Below are positions 1-12,334 of a DNA stretch of 64,000 nucleotides, one piece after another. Within the stretch, counting starts at the first letter, position 1. Every line of letters starts with the position of its first letter. The notes beneath the pieces were generated by a model, which ran no database searches, was not told where the DNA came from, and worked only from the letters and a program-made list of their open reading frames with translations. The stretch covers positions 113,026,001-113,090,000 of the forward strand of contig OX597821.1 in assembly GCA_951406725.2 (NCBI GenBank). Direction: 5' to 3'. The DNA is from Octopus vulgaris (Eukaryota). The position numbers were made by a program, and so were the translations under genes.

Positions 1-24
1 GATGTATGTATGTGGGTGTGTGCA

Positions 25-70
<46 letters not shown>

Positions 71-170
71 TACATACATACATACATATGTATGCATGTG
101 TATATCTATCTATCTATCTATATATATATATATGTGGGTGGGTATGTATATATATGTGTGTATGTGTATC
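1..170. repeat. Compound (TG)/(TA)/(CA)/(TATC) microsatellite
   Basis: Simple repeats seen directly; they explain the YIYI/CVCV ORFs at 2-270. Confidence 0.95.
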
Positions 171-315
171 TTTTCTATCTTTTATTCCATCCTATAATGT
201 CATTTTCTCAAAACTAGACATAAGTATTATATACATGGGTGTGTGTATACATGCACTCACTCTATTATGATTACTATTATCATCAATATTATTATTATTA
301 TTATTATTATTATTA

Positions 316-530
316 AGGTGCTGACCTGGTAGAATCGTTAGTATGCTGGACAAAATGCTTGGTGGTATTTCGCTTGTCGCTATGTTCTTAGTTCAAATTC
401 CACCAAGGACGACTTTGCCTTTCATTGTTTTGGGGTTGATAGATTAAGTACCAGTGAAACACTGGGGTCAATGTAATCGACTAGTCCCCACCCCACAAAT
501 TTTGAGGCCTTGTACTTTGAGTAGAAAGGA
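316..530 (+). mobile_element. tRNA-headed SINE family 1 (tail type 1a)
   Basis: A-box-like TGGTAGAATCG, B-box GTTCAAATTCC, central CTTTGCCTTTCAT...GATAGATTAAGTACCAG; flanked by (ATT)n; many copies in the window. Confidence 0.85.
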
Positions 531-555
531 TTATTATTATTAATATTATTATTAA

Positions 556-602
<47 letters not shown>

Positions 603-647
603 CGAGCTGGCAGAATCAGATTATTATTATTAATATCATTATTATTA

Positions 648-1195
648 AGGCGTTGAGCTGGTAGAATCGGTAGCATGCTGAGCAAAATTACTCAACAGTA
701 TCTCATCCATCTTTATGCTTGAAGTTCAAATTCTGCTGAGGTCAGCTTTGCCTTTCATCCTTTCATCATCATCATCATCATTTAACGTCCGCTTTCCATG
801 CTAGCATGGGTTGGACGATTTGACTGAGGACTGGTGAACCAGATGGCTGCACCAGACTCCAATCTGATCTGGCAGACTTTCTACAGCTGGATGCCCTTCC
901 TAATTCCAACCACTCTGAGAGTGTAGTTGGTGCTTTTACGTGCCACTGGCACGACGGTCAGTCTGGCGATACTGGTAACGGCCACGCTCAAATGGTGTTT
1001 TTTACATGCCACCGGCACAGGAATCAGTCAAGCGGCACTGGCAACGACCTCACTCGACTGTTTTGTTCTCATGCCACCGGCACAAGTGCCAGTAAGGCAA
1101 CTGATAAAATAAATACCAGCTGTACACTGGGGTTGATGTAATTTACTAACACCCTGCCCCAAAATTGCTGGCCTTGTGCCAAAATTTGAAGCCAT
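648..1195 (+). mobile_element. SINE family 1 copy split by an antisense RTE 3' end (about 764-1100)
   Basis: SINE 5' half ends at GCCTTTCATCCTTT, a (CAT)n-led RTE tail follows, and the SINE 3' half resumes at GATAAAATAAATACCAG. Confidence 0.8.
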
Positions 1196-1675
1196 TATTA
1201 TTCTTGTTGTTGTTGTAATTATCACAATTATAATTATCATTTCTAGAATAGCTTCCAGGAACTGAAAATAGCATGTTTTGATCACCACCAAATCTTAAAA
1301 CCAGTTCTTTCTTTTCCTGAAACTACTTCATTCTCCTCCGTCTTTAAGTAGGACAAACCTAAATAATGGTAGAGGTACTAAACAAGAAATTCCTCGGTTT
1401 GTGGCTCTGCAACTTCATCTGTTGCAGAAGAATGCAGTAGAAGATGCTGCATCAAAGCAGAACACAAACAACAACAACAACAACTGACAGAAACCCTGGA
1501 ATGACTATGAAATGGTTGCTGTATTTTAATTTTCATGCTTTGTGTTACTTCAGGGAATGTCTGCTACATTTTAGGAAATCTTGACTATTTTGAAATAAAG
1601 CTTGTAGCTTTATTGTTGTGTAAATTGTTGTAATTCTAGAAAAACTTTGTTGATTAATCTTAAATATAAATTAAT

Positions 1676-2525
1676 GTGCAGGTGCTGCTGTGTGGTAAGA
1701 AGCTTACTTCCCAAACACATGGTTCTGGGTTCATTCCCACTGTGCGATACACACCCTGGGTAAGGGATTTTCTACTATAGCCCCAGGCTGATCAAAGTTT
1801 TATGAGTGGATTTGGTTGACGGAAACTGAAGGAAGCCCATCATGTATGTGTGTCTGTATAGATATACTTTTATTCTTTTAATTGTTCTAGTCATTTGACT
1901 GTGGCCATGCTGGAGCACTGCCTTTAGTCAAGCAAATCAGCCCCAGGACTTATTCTTTGTAAGCATAGTACTTATTCTATTGGTCTCTTTTGCCAAACTG
2001 CTAAGTTACGGGGACGTACGTACACCAACATCAGTTGTCAAGTGATGGTGGGGTGGGGGAAAACACAAATACATACATGTATACATACATATATATATAG
2101 ATATATGTGTATATGACAGGCTTCTTTCAGTTTCTGTCTACTATGTCCATTCACAAAACTTTGGCTGACCCAAGGCTGTACTAGAAGACATTTGCCCAAG
2201 ATGCCACGCAGTGGGACTGAACCTGGAACCATGTGGTTGGGAAGCAAGCTTCTTACCACACAGCCGCTCCAAATTATGAATGAATTATAAATAAAATGTG
2301 TGTATCTGTCTTTATCTGTTTGTCACCCAGCACTGCTTGAGAGCCGGTGTTGGTGTGTTTATGTTCCCATATTTTCGTGGTTTGGCAAGGAAGATTGATA
2401 GAATAAGTGCCAGGTTTATCAAAAAAAAACAAAACAAGTACCAGAGTCGATTCTGTTGACTATAAATTCTCCAAAGCAGTACTCCAGCATGGCCGTAGTC
2501 CAACGACTGAAACCAAGTAAGAGAG
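1676..2525 (+). mobile_element. SINE family 2 (+) with a second copy nested antisense (1866-2268) in its internal microsatellite
   Basis: Head GCTGTGTGGTAAGAAGCTT...GGTTCA at 1676-1860, reverse-complement copy inside, 3' half ending CCAGCATGGCC...CTGAAAC at about 2296-2525. Confidence 0.8.
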
Positions 2526-2914
2526 AAAAGGTTTGAAGAAAATCCTGCCTATTTTAAGAAAATTCTTCTTCATCATTGTATTCCAGAAAGTATCACATTA
2601 ACAACCCACTCATATTAATTATTCCTTTCTCTATTTCCGCATTCCTTCTTGGGTCTAATCTTCGAGTGAGCTAACTCCTTCAGTGACAGTTCCTTTTTCT
2701 CCGTTGCCTGCGATTCCATCTCCACCCCCCTCTCCCTCTCTCCGTCTCTCTCTTCTTTTGCTTTTATGAATATTATTTACGGAAATGATATTCCTTGAAT
2801 AACTGTAGCCTACCGGCATTTCACAAGCATTGGCAGGCATTGTGGAATTGTTCGGTAAAGTTAACAATCCCTGACTCAACTTATTGATGACTCCTTTTAT
2901 GTGTTTTCTGAAAG

Positions 2915-3319
2915 AGCATTAGCAGAAGCAACAGCAACAGCAACAGCAGCAGCAGCAGTAGCAGCAGTAGTTTTAGTTGCAGTCGCAGCACCAGCTGCAA
3001 TGATGAGATGGGAGCAGTAGGAGTAGCAGTGCCATCATCACCAAGCTTCTGTGACTGGAACCAGCAGCCCAGCAAGACATGGTCTCTTTACACACTCTAC
3101 TTCTACTCCTACTGCCCCTACACCTATAGCTTGCACTCTGCAATGCTCGGTTTGGTTGGGAATTCCGTGCATGCTGCTAGACTACGGAGAATCTAAAGGT
3201 CTGCAAGTCGACGCTCTGTTGACAGATTGGGGGGGGAGACCAAAACTAAAATCTATAAAAATGACTCACTTTATTTATTATCACCAATATGGACGGAAAT
3301 AGTGTTTCCATATATTAAG
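2915..3319 (+). other. Candidate exon (5'UTR-like, CAG/AGC-rich) ending at a strong splice donor
   Basis: AAG|GTAAGC at 3319/3320; pyrimidine tract plus AG at 2914; unique, GC-richer, SINE-free sequence; only short ORFs (2912-3196 open, uORF MDGNSVSIY*). Confidence 0.3.
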
Positions 3320-5116
3320 GTAAGCCCATACCATGTTTACTAAGACAATCCTCTTTTATTACAACTCTATTTGTACTCCTCTTGTTGCTGCTGTTATTGT
3401 TGTTGTTATCGTTAAGGGGAGAGATGTGTCTAAATATTTTTTATTGGATTTTGATTCTTCATTATATTTTATTATTAGTTTCAATACATAGTTCATTAAT
3501 TGAATCCTTTAAGATTAAAATAATTAACGAAACCTAGCTTAGTTTCATTCATATTTCCTTCGACTGTTGACTACTGGTCTGGTTCCTTACTCTTACCCTT
3601 TGGATCTACCATACTGTCTACAATTATTACCAAAAATTTACTGTTATTCTAGAATAATTCATACATTTATGTAAATCTGTGATTTCACATCACTTAACAC
3701 TAAATAAATATAAGGATCCAGCATTTATGGGAATTCCCAAAGGAAAAGAATATTAAAGGTGTGAATGAGAATGACACTTGCTTGTGAGAATATAACATAA
3801 CCCCTTTTTTTTTCATTTATATTTATTCATTTATTTGTAAGCCCCATATTTCTTCAGGTCTGTTCCTTATTCGAAACCTCACCCAGTAATTTCAGATGAA
3901 ATCTGTTTTGTACAAATGTTTCCTTTCCTAGTGAAACGCTCGATGTGTTATGTTACATGGTTGGCATCGTCTTGAATAATTCTTCGTACAATTCTCTTAT
4001 ATTTTAGACAAATTCCTTGTATAAAATTTTACCATATATTTACAAAGGAAAGACAAGCATAAAAATACTTTTGTACAGAAATATAGGATGGAATAATAAT
4101 ACATAAATACTAGAAAGAAAAAACACGCTAAAACAAAAAAAAAACAAATGGTATCAACAGAATAACCCAGCTCTGTTGCTACATGTGGTTTTTGGTTAAT
4201 GGAATGCCGCTATGGTTTTTCTATTGAAACACGTGCCGTTTACCGTTTACTACTGTCCAGCCAGGTGTTTGTGCAATTTAGCTGGCTGCTGTATGAGAGA
4301 ATGTGTGATGCACCAATATTAAAGTTAGCCCTTTGCTTCTGCTTGATAAATATCCATTGAATTAGTCAGGCGGTTGTCTTTAACTTTCTACTTTCAGTTC
4401 ATGTATTTGTTTTTGTTTTTGTTTTTTGTTTTTGTTTCAAATACTGACTCATAGTTGTGTTGCGTACTCCACCACCACCACCTCCACCTCCACCATCCTC
4501 CCTCTCGTTCATCAATGAATTTTTTTTCTTTTTTTCTGGCAGAATATCAATCCAGATAACATAGTAGCTGGATCCATGTTCCTCATTGTATTTATGGAAC
4601 AATTAATTAACAGATTTTCATAAATGAGTTAAAATAATTACCAAAGTTTCGAATAGTAAACAGGAATATCACTACAGTGTTATTTGAAGATTTTAGTATG
4701 TTTGTATTGTAATAAGGGTGGAATTAGGGTAGGAGAGCTAATTATTAATGTAATTGTAAGAAATCAATTATTTTTAGTCTTGATTAATTAGTTAATGGGA
4801 ATATTTCTTTTCATGTGAAATGCAAACGATAAAAAGAACACAACAATAGCAATGGTAAAAAATTCTCTGATTTCATCATCGTTATTGTCATTAATTTAAT
4901 ATCCATTTAATAAGACTTGCAATAAGTTTTTAAAATATCATTTTCTGTAATATTTCTTCATAAGTTCTCCACCATCTTACTTTTATAGCAGCACTTCCCC
5001 AACTTTTGTATTCTATACACCCCTTGTAACAAAATATAATTTTCAGGCTCCACACCCCTGCACCCAAACAAATTAATCAAATCTTGCATTATTTTTCCTC
5101 CTTTTTTTAAATATAT

Positions 5117-5230
5117 TCTTCTTCTTCTTCTTCTTTCTCTTCTTCCTCTTCATCTTCCTCTTCATCTTCCTCTTCTTCATATTCTTCCTCTTCTTCTTCT
5201 TTTTCTTCTTCTTCTTATTATTATTATTAT
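5117..5230. repeat. (TTC)n/(CTC) plus (TTA)n microsatellite
   Basis: Seen directly; source of the poly-Lys ORF 5073-5264. Confidence 0.9.
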
Positions 5231-5450
5231 AGTGAAATGACTGAATTGTTAGTGTATCAGACAAAAGTGCTTAGTGCCGTTTCTTATAACTCTTCATTCT
5301 GCATTAAAACGCCGCTAAGGTTGGCTTCGCCTTTCATCCTTTCTGGGTCGATGAAATAAAGTGCCAGTCAAGTGCTGAAGTCAATAAAATTGACTCACAA
5401 CTGCCTCCCACTAAAACTGCTGGCATTGTGCAAAAACTGAAAAACATTAT
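5230..5450 (+). mobile_element. Degraded SINE family 1
   Basis: GCCTTTCATCCTTTCTGGGTCGATGAAATAAAGTGCCAG core. Confidence 0.7.
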
Positions 5451-6610
5451 TAGTATTCTTATTAATGTTTGGGTTTTTTCTACTAAAAGCATCTGATAAT
5501 TTATAAGAAAATAGAGATATTTTAGTATTTGATGTCTTTTTATAATTAAATTCATAAAACAAAAAAACTAAATCCTGTTTTTAGATATTTGCTTTTGTGA
5601 AAATACAGTTACATGTTGATAATTCTGCAGCAAAGATCCGGATCTTTCTGATCAGAGCTGTATTATTCATTCCTTTAAGTGACCTGTATGTTTTGGATTG
5701 GTCATACATAAAAGACACATCACTAATGGTCAGTACATCCTGTCTAGCTACTGGTGTCTACATGATCCAGTGATGTTTTTTTGTTCAACCATCACCTGGT
5801 TTCCCTCTGCTCTTTGATATTCAGCCCTTTAAGTTTTCTGTGAACTAATATCCTTTGAATTTGCAGGGGCCTTTTTTTCCTTCTTTTTAGTCCCTTACTA
5901 TATTGTGGTCTCAAGTGCTGCTCATAACAAAATCATATTATGAAAAAACTGTTTAAAAGGGGTTTGTAAATGCAAGTTAGTAAATTCACCCTCTGTTGTC
6001 CCTTAAGTTTTTATTCAATCCTGTCAAAACTTTATTCACTCCTAGCGGTCCGTAGGACTCCTTTGAGAAACCCTGTTTTATAGTAATAATGAAGAATTCA
6101 AACTGGATCCATTTTTGGTACATTTTAAACTATCCCCTGTGCCTGTCCCACTTTCATACCTTAACCTCTCAATACTTGGCATAAAGCTAGCTCCCTCAAT
6201 ACTGTCTCCTGTTTAGTTGAAGGGCTGTTTTGTGAGTTGTTTGATGCCCTCACTACAAACAGGGTCAATCACAAGAAAAAAAAAAGGCACTCTATGAAGT
6301 GGTTGGTGACAGGAAGGGCGTCCAGCCATAAGAACTATGCCAAAACAGATACTGGAGCTTGACATTGTCTGCCAATTTTTTGGGATCCTGTCAAGCTACC
6401 CACTTCAATGCCAGCATGGAAGAAGGATGTTTGTTGATGATGGTAGAAATGGCTCTGGTGATTTCTTTCGTTTCTTCACATTTATTGTGGAACTTGGGTA
6501 ACTACTAGGGTTATTGATTGTATGAATTATCTGAGGAGAATTTTGATCTTAAGAGAAACGATTGTTTTTAATATTGGTCGAGATTTCTTTAATGCCAATT
6601 TGTCATTTAA

Positions 6611-7163
6611 CCCTTTTGGTAATAATCTGCCTGAAACTGACCCTGGTTCTATGATACAAACTTCCTGTTTTTAAAGTGATCTAAATCAAAATCTTTGTCA
6701 AAATTCCATGTTAATTTATATCCCAAACATCTGCTTAATAATAAGTTATTTTACTAAGTTCTTCGTTAGCTTCAAAATTAATTAAAACAAATGCAGTGTA
6801 TTTCATTAGAAATATGTTAACAAATGGGTTAACCCTCTTGGTATGAACTCTCCTGAGACTGTCCTTAGTTCTGTGGTACATCTTGTTTTAAAGTTGTTGT
6901 TTGTTCCTTCTTGAGCCATTCCTGGCTCATAAGGGCCAGTTTCCTGGTTTCCTTGGCGTATAGGTTCCCCACCTGGATGGGACACCGGTCCGTCGCAGTT
7001 GTTTTAAATTGATCTAAATTAAAACTTGTCATCAAAAGTTCATGTCAATTTACTTTCTAAATTCCAGTTTAATAAAACAGCGAAGTTCTTTTATTGAATT
7101 CTTCCTTACTTTCAAAATTAATTGAAACCAGGGAAGGGTATTTCAATGAAGTAACAAAAGGAT
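6611..7163. mobile_element. Two tandem piggyBac-like MITEs sharing one TTAA
   Basis: TTAA|CCCTTTTGGTAA...AACAAATGGG|TTAA|CCCT...; body matches copies at 18.8, 20.4 and 52.7 kb. Confidence 0.75.
6893..6998 (-). mobile_element. 5'-truncated SINE 3' end with (CAA)n tail inserted in the MITE
   Basis: Perfect 10-bp TSD TTGTTTTAAA (6883-6892 and 6999-7008); CTGCGACGGACCGGTGTCCCATCCAGG motif shared with SINEs at 8781 and 34277. Confidence 0.8.
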
Positions 7164-8019
7164 TAGCGAAGTACCGCTTCAGTATTCTCAAATCCTTTCT
7201 GGTTCCTAAAAACGTTATACAGCCATTTTCCTCATAGTTTCCTGAAGCGTTTATTGGTCGCCTCTAAGCCTTACTCATGCTGGATCTCCTCTTCGATAAC
7301 GAGGACAATCTGGTTTAATATTGATCTGGAGTAATTAAGTTACTCCTCCTAAACTCACTCACTACACCCTTCTCTCTCTCTCTCTCTTCCTCTTCTCATC
7401 CCTTTGGCTTTCAAGTCTCAGAAGACTTTATTCCCCATAATTAGCTAAACCATTCATTCTCAGAACGTTGTTTTGGAATTCCTTTCATGTCCTGTGTCTT
7501 CTTTCCAATAACAAATCTCTAAAAATCAAAACAGAACAACAACTGGACTATTCTTCGATCTGATCCAACAATTCCTGGCTTTAAAGGTTTATAAAAAAAA
7601 AAGGGTTGTTTGCATTTAATCCTCTGTTCTTACACACTCACTGCCTGCCTAGCTGTCCACTTGTCTGTCTGTTTCTCTCTTTTCCTCTCTGTACCCCTTT
7701 TTCTCTGTCCTTTTCTGCTCCCTCCCCTTCTCTCACTGTGTCCTCACCCCATCTCTGCCCCTCTTCTCTCTCTGCTCTCTTTCCTTTCTTTCTGTATGTG
7801 TATCTATCTGTCCCTCTCTCTCCTCTCCTTTATTTCTTTCTTTCCCTTTCTCTCTCTCACATGCATGCACACACACACACGCACATGTACACAGCCTAAC
7901 ATTTTCCAGAATTAAACAGACAAGAATTGGTTCTTCTGAAAGATACTTTTAGTTTAGTATTTAGTACCCCTCACCTCTTCCTATCCCACTTCTCTTTTAC
8001 CAAATACCCCTTAGTCAAC

Positions 8020-8054
<35 letters not shown>

Positions 8055-8067
8055 CATATATACATAC

Positions 8068-8121
<54 letters not shown>

Positions 8122-8365
8122 CAGTATTGTTCCTTATGCCATTCCTCAATTGTACTTAGAAAAATCTCCATTTGCTTCATTGACAAAACCTTTCAGGTTT
8201 CATATTTTAGTTCTACAAGAATTTACTCCATTTTGGAACTTCTTGGAATCTACCTCAGCAGTGCTGTAACAATTTTACTGCATTCAGCTTCCATCATTTA
8301 TTCTGGTGTGTTTTATACCCAGAACCAAAAGCCATCTCTGAATGGAACTTTTTATTTCTCTATTT

Positions 8366-8712
8366 TAGTGGTTCTCAACCATTCTTTATCTATGGAGCCC
8401 CCTTCAATTACTATTTTATTCTGGTGACCCCCCCCTATAGCCATTCAATGTTTAAAACCTTGTTTTATAGAAACTTCTTTCAAAATTCCTATTTTGTTTA
8501 TCACACATTAACCTGTGCAGGTTAATCTATGTAAAATGTTAGAGAAAGAAACCCACTTGTTTCTTGCCATACATACCATTGCATACATTTAAAGTAACAT
8601 TTTTTCAGGGGCCCTTAAATTACTATTGTAGATCCCTGATTTACTATTTTCTTGCATGGACCCTCCTGTATAGACCCTTAGGAGCCGTATCAATACTTAT
8701 TGAGCACCACTA
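8366..8712. mobile_element. hAT-type MITE
   Basis: 13-bp TIR TAGTGGTTCTCAA / TTGAGCACCACTA (1 mismatch) and 8-bp TSD CTCTATTT / CTCGATTT. Confidence 0.85.
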
Positions 8713-8780
8713 CTCGATTTAATTATCTCACTGTCCTGCACTTTATGCAGATGTCTACTATTGTCATCTTAAAAACAATA

Positions 8781-9088
8781 AACGTCGCCCTTTTCAAACC
8801 TAGCCAGGCTCATGGGCCCGATTTCCCAGTTTCTGTGGTGTATGTGTTCCCCCCAGCTGGACGGGACGCCAGTCTATCGCAGCATTACTCAAGAAACAGG
8901 AAGAGAGCGTGAGAGAAAGTGTGGCGAAAGAGTACAACAGGGGTCACCACCACCCCCTGCTAGAGCCTCGTGGAGCTTTTGGGTGTTTTCACTCAATAAA
9001 CACACACAAAGCCCAGTCTGGGAATCGAAACCGCGACCCTCCGACCATGAATCCGCTGCCCTAATCACTAGGCCATTGTGCCTCCGCA
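8781..9088 (-). mobile_element. tRNA-headed SINE family 3
   Basis: On - strand TGGCCTAGTGATTAG...GGTTTCGATTCCC (A/B boxes); head and middle shared with the 21508 copy. Confidence 0.8.
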
Positions 9089-9284
9089 CTATCATCTTAG
9101 GCTGACCAAAAACATTGTAAATGGATTTGGTAGACGGAAACTGTACAGAAGTGTGTGTGTGTATATGTGTGCATGCCTGTATAAATGCTTACATTGTGCA
9201 TCTTTGACACTGTGCTACAAACATGATGTCAGTTATTTCCTGCCAACAAATCCCCTGCTGCTTCTGCTCTAAGAATCTCAATTT

Positions 9285-9640
9285 ACAACCATGTGGTCTT
9301 GGGTTCAGTCCCAATGTGTGACACCTTGGGCAAATGTCTTCTGCTGTAGCCTCAGGCCAACCAATGCCTTGTGATTGAATTTAGTAGATGGAAACTGTAT
9401 GGAAGCCCATCATAGATTCACATACACACACACACACATACACACACACACACACACCACTTGATAAGTAGTATTGGTTTGGTTTATGTCCACATGACTT
9501 AGCAGTTCAGCAAAAAAGTACCAATAAACTAACAGGCTTAAAGATAAATACTGGAGTTGATTTGGCTGACTTAACCCTTGAAAGCAGTGCCCCAGCATGG
9601 CCACGGTTCAATGGCCAAAAACACATAAAAATAAGATATA
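9285..9640 (+). mobile_element. SINE family 2
   Basis: GGTTCAGTCCCA...ACCTTGGGCAA head, internal (CA)n, CCCCAGCATGGCC tail. Confidence 0.75.
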
Positions 9641-10059
9641 AAGATCCTGGAGTTTTATCTGATATTTCCGTTCCACTCTTCACACACGGATTCCTAATTG
9701 ATCGAAGTCAGGAAATAAACAAATGGAAAAAAACTTACCAGAACTGTTAGAATTATTGGTGCTGCCAATGCTTGGAGAGAATTGATTAAACCAAACCAAT
9801 AAAAGTATATAAGCATAGGCATGGCCATGTGGTTAACCAGCTTGTTTTCCAACCAGTTTCTGTCCCACTGTATGGCACCTTAAGCATGAATTCCTTCAAT
9901 AGCCCTTAGCAGACTAGAGCCTTGGGAGTGAATTTAGTATATGGCAACTGAAAGAAGCCTCTTTGTATGTGTGTGTGTGTCTTTTATATTTTGCTTGCTT
10001 CAATCATTAGACTGTGGCCATGCTGGGGCACTTCCTTTTAGTCAAATGAATCAACCTCA

Positions 10060-10096
<37 letters not shown>

Positions 10097-10101
10097 TATA
10101 T

Positions 10102-10450
10102 AAGAGATAATGGTGTCATTGAGACCCAAAGGTGCTGAATAAGTGCTATAGACAGACCATAGTTAAGTTCCAGGTTTGGTGATTTTGCGAATAAAGGGTT
10201 CAACGTTGGTTTTATGTCAGCGTGTGTATATATGAATTTTTTGCGTAATGAGAAAAAAAACAACGAGGCTGTATAGATATTAGAGCATTGATAGATAGGT
10301 CTTACAGCTGTTTCTAGAATATTAATTAATAATAAAATCCCTTCATCAGAGACGGTGTGAGAGGAAAATTTAAGTCATAGTTAGTTTCGATGTGATATAA
10401 ATAGAGATTGAGGTGGTGGAAAGAAAATAGATGTAAGATATGTATGGTTA
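10102..10450 (-). mobile_element. Putative Penelope-like terminal-repeat remnant carrying a hammerhead ribozyme, between (TA)n tracts
   Basis: Bounded by (TA)n at 10061-10101 and 10450-10463; contains the hammerhead at 10299-10353; no RT or GIY-YIG ORF visible. Confidence 0.55.
10299..10353 (-). ncRNA. Minimal type-I hammerhead ribozyme motif (core intact)
   Basis: GUCU CUGAUGA AGGGAU...AUUCUA GAAAC AGCU GUA|AGAC; stem I GUCU/AGAC, palindromic stem III ACAGCUGU. Confidence 0.75.
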
Positions 10451-11061
10451 TATATATATATATAATCATCATCATTGTTTAACGTCCATCTTCTGTGTAT
10501 GCATGGATACAATGGCTGATCGGAGCCGGCCATGTAGAAAAAACTACACTAGGCTACTGTCTCTGTTTTGGCAGGCATTTTACAGCTGGATGCCCTTCCT
10601 ACCACCAGATTCACTCACAAGGCTTTGGTTGGTTGGACCAAAGCTATTGTAGAAGAAACTTGCCCAAGGTTCCACACACTTGCCCAGGTTCAGTGGGACT
10701 GAACCTGGAACGATGTGGTATGCAGGAGGGTAATTATTTTAGCTAGCCTAATGAATGAAAAGAATTCTCTGTGAATACTAGCAAAACTTGTGCAGTACCA
10801 ATAATCTAAAATAATCCGGAAGTTTGTTCCAAGTGTTTATATTATTTAATGGATTAATTAGCCATTTATCTGTCACCAATTAGTGCCAAGCTGTGGAAAA
10901 TTCCATAAGTGATAAATGTTTAGTTTTGTGGTTAATGACTTGGAATAAAGTGTATTTCAAGAGATTAATTGAATATAATGCGTTTCTATGTTCTTCTGTA
11001 TCATCATCATTTGATAAATAATAAAATGTGCATACAATCATATATGTGTGTGTGTATTAAT

Positions 11062-11107
<46 letters not shown>

Positions 11108-11129
11108 GTATATCTATTTGCACATGCAT

Positions 11130-11420
11130 AATCATCATCATCATCGTTTAACGTCTGCTTTCCATGCTGGCATGGGTTGGACGGTTTGACTGAGTACTGG
11201 TGAGCCAGAAGGCTGCACCGGGCTCAACCTGATCTGGCAAAGTTTCTACAGCTGGATGCCCTTCCTAATGCCAACTACTCCGAGAGTGTAGTGGGTGCTT
11301 TTATGTGCCACCGGCACGGGAGCCAATCCGTGGCCCTGGCAACAATCACGCCCAGATGTGCTCTTAACGTTCCACTGGTATGAGTACCAATCAGGCAGTA
11401 CTGTCATTGGCCACATCAGC
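11130..11420 (-). mobile_element. RTE LINE 3' UTR fragment
   Basis: (CAT)n GTTTAACGTC...CTGGATGCCCTTCCTAA; homologous to the 3' UTR at 18400-18752. Confidence 0.8.
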
Positions 11421-11494
<74 letters not shown>

Positions 11495-11971
11495 TATAAC
11501 TCCATACATTCACATAAATGAGTTGTCAATGTTTTCGAGGCATAACGAGATAGTGAAAGAATCATAGCATTTATCTTTTGATATGGATGTCAAGGAGACC
11601 GGCAAATAATGAATCCAGCCAAAATATAGTTAAATAAGCTATTACAGCCTAAGCCAAATATTAATTATATAGGATATATAAAGAAGTTTCATTCTAAATT
11701 AACAGCTGTCACAGAATTCTAGCTCTCTTTGATAAATGAATATATTTTCACTAGATTTGCAAAACTCATGGATGCTTGTGCCAGCCCCCTGATTTTAAGG
11801 ATACCCTACCCTCTGATAAATAGCAACAAAAAGAAGTGCATCATATATGTATCACATTTATTTTTGTAAAATTGCACGCCTAATTTAGTGTTAAATCTTG
11901 GTTCCAAATTTATTCCCTTCATAGTGCCTGGAATATGCCGCACCTTAGGTTTCTCTCTTAAAATCAAGTAT

Positions 11972-12334
11972 AAAACAAGAGCCCTCAGAGAGCACAAACC
12001 TCTGCCAAAGCAACACCAATGTCCTCTCAACGATTTGCCAGAGAGGATTTTTAAAATGAGAATATCTGAAATAAACTCGACTGCTCTCACAAATGAGAAT
12101 ACTAGAAATGAACCTCTCAAAAATTAAGTAAAAAAAAAACAGGAAAAATAATCCATAATTCTTGTCCGGTACCAGATCGATCCCAAAATTTAATCAGTTC
12201 ATGCCAGTCATGAGGCCATTCATCCCTGAAAGTTTCATTCAAATCCATCCTGTGATTCTTGAGATATTTTGTCCATGGACAAACAAACATGACTGAAAAC
12301 AATACCTTCACCTTCGCTAAGGTGGAGGTAATAA
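11972..12334 (-). mobile_element. Non-autonomous Helentron/Helitron2 (HINE, DINE-1-like) element
   Basis: On - strand TTATTACCTCCACC...GTTTGTTTGT...GGATTTGAATGAAACTTT...GGCAGAGGT subterminal inverted repeat, 3' hairpin GCTCTCTGAGGGC, T-run end. Confidence 0.75.

Noticed and set aside
2-270. ORFs rich in YI/CV/HT (also 7927, 45892, 57187, 59687 and others)
   Set aside because: They are translations of dinucleotide microsatellites
2881-3075. Minus-strand poly-Leu membrane-peptide ORF
   Set aside because: Antisense reading of a CAG/AGC repeat with no supporting signals
6525-6572. CUGAGGA...GAAAC..GUU hammerhead-like order
   Set aside because: Stem II and proximal stem I do not pair
11806-12127. 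Overlapping ORFs on both strands
   Set aside because: They span the boundary of the non-coding Helentron-type element
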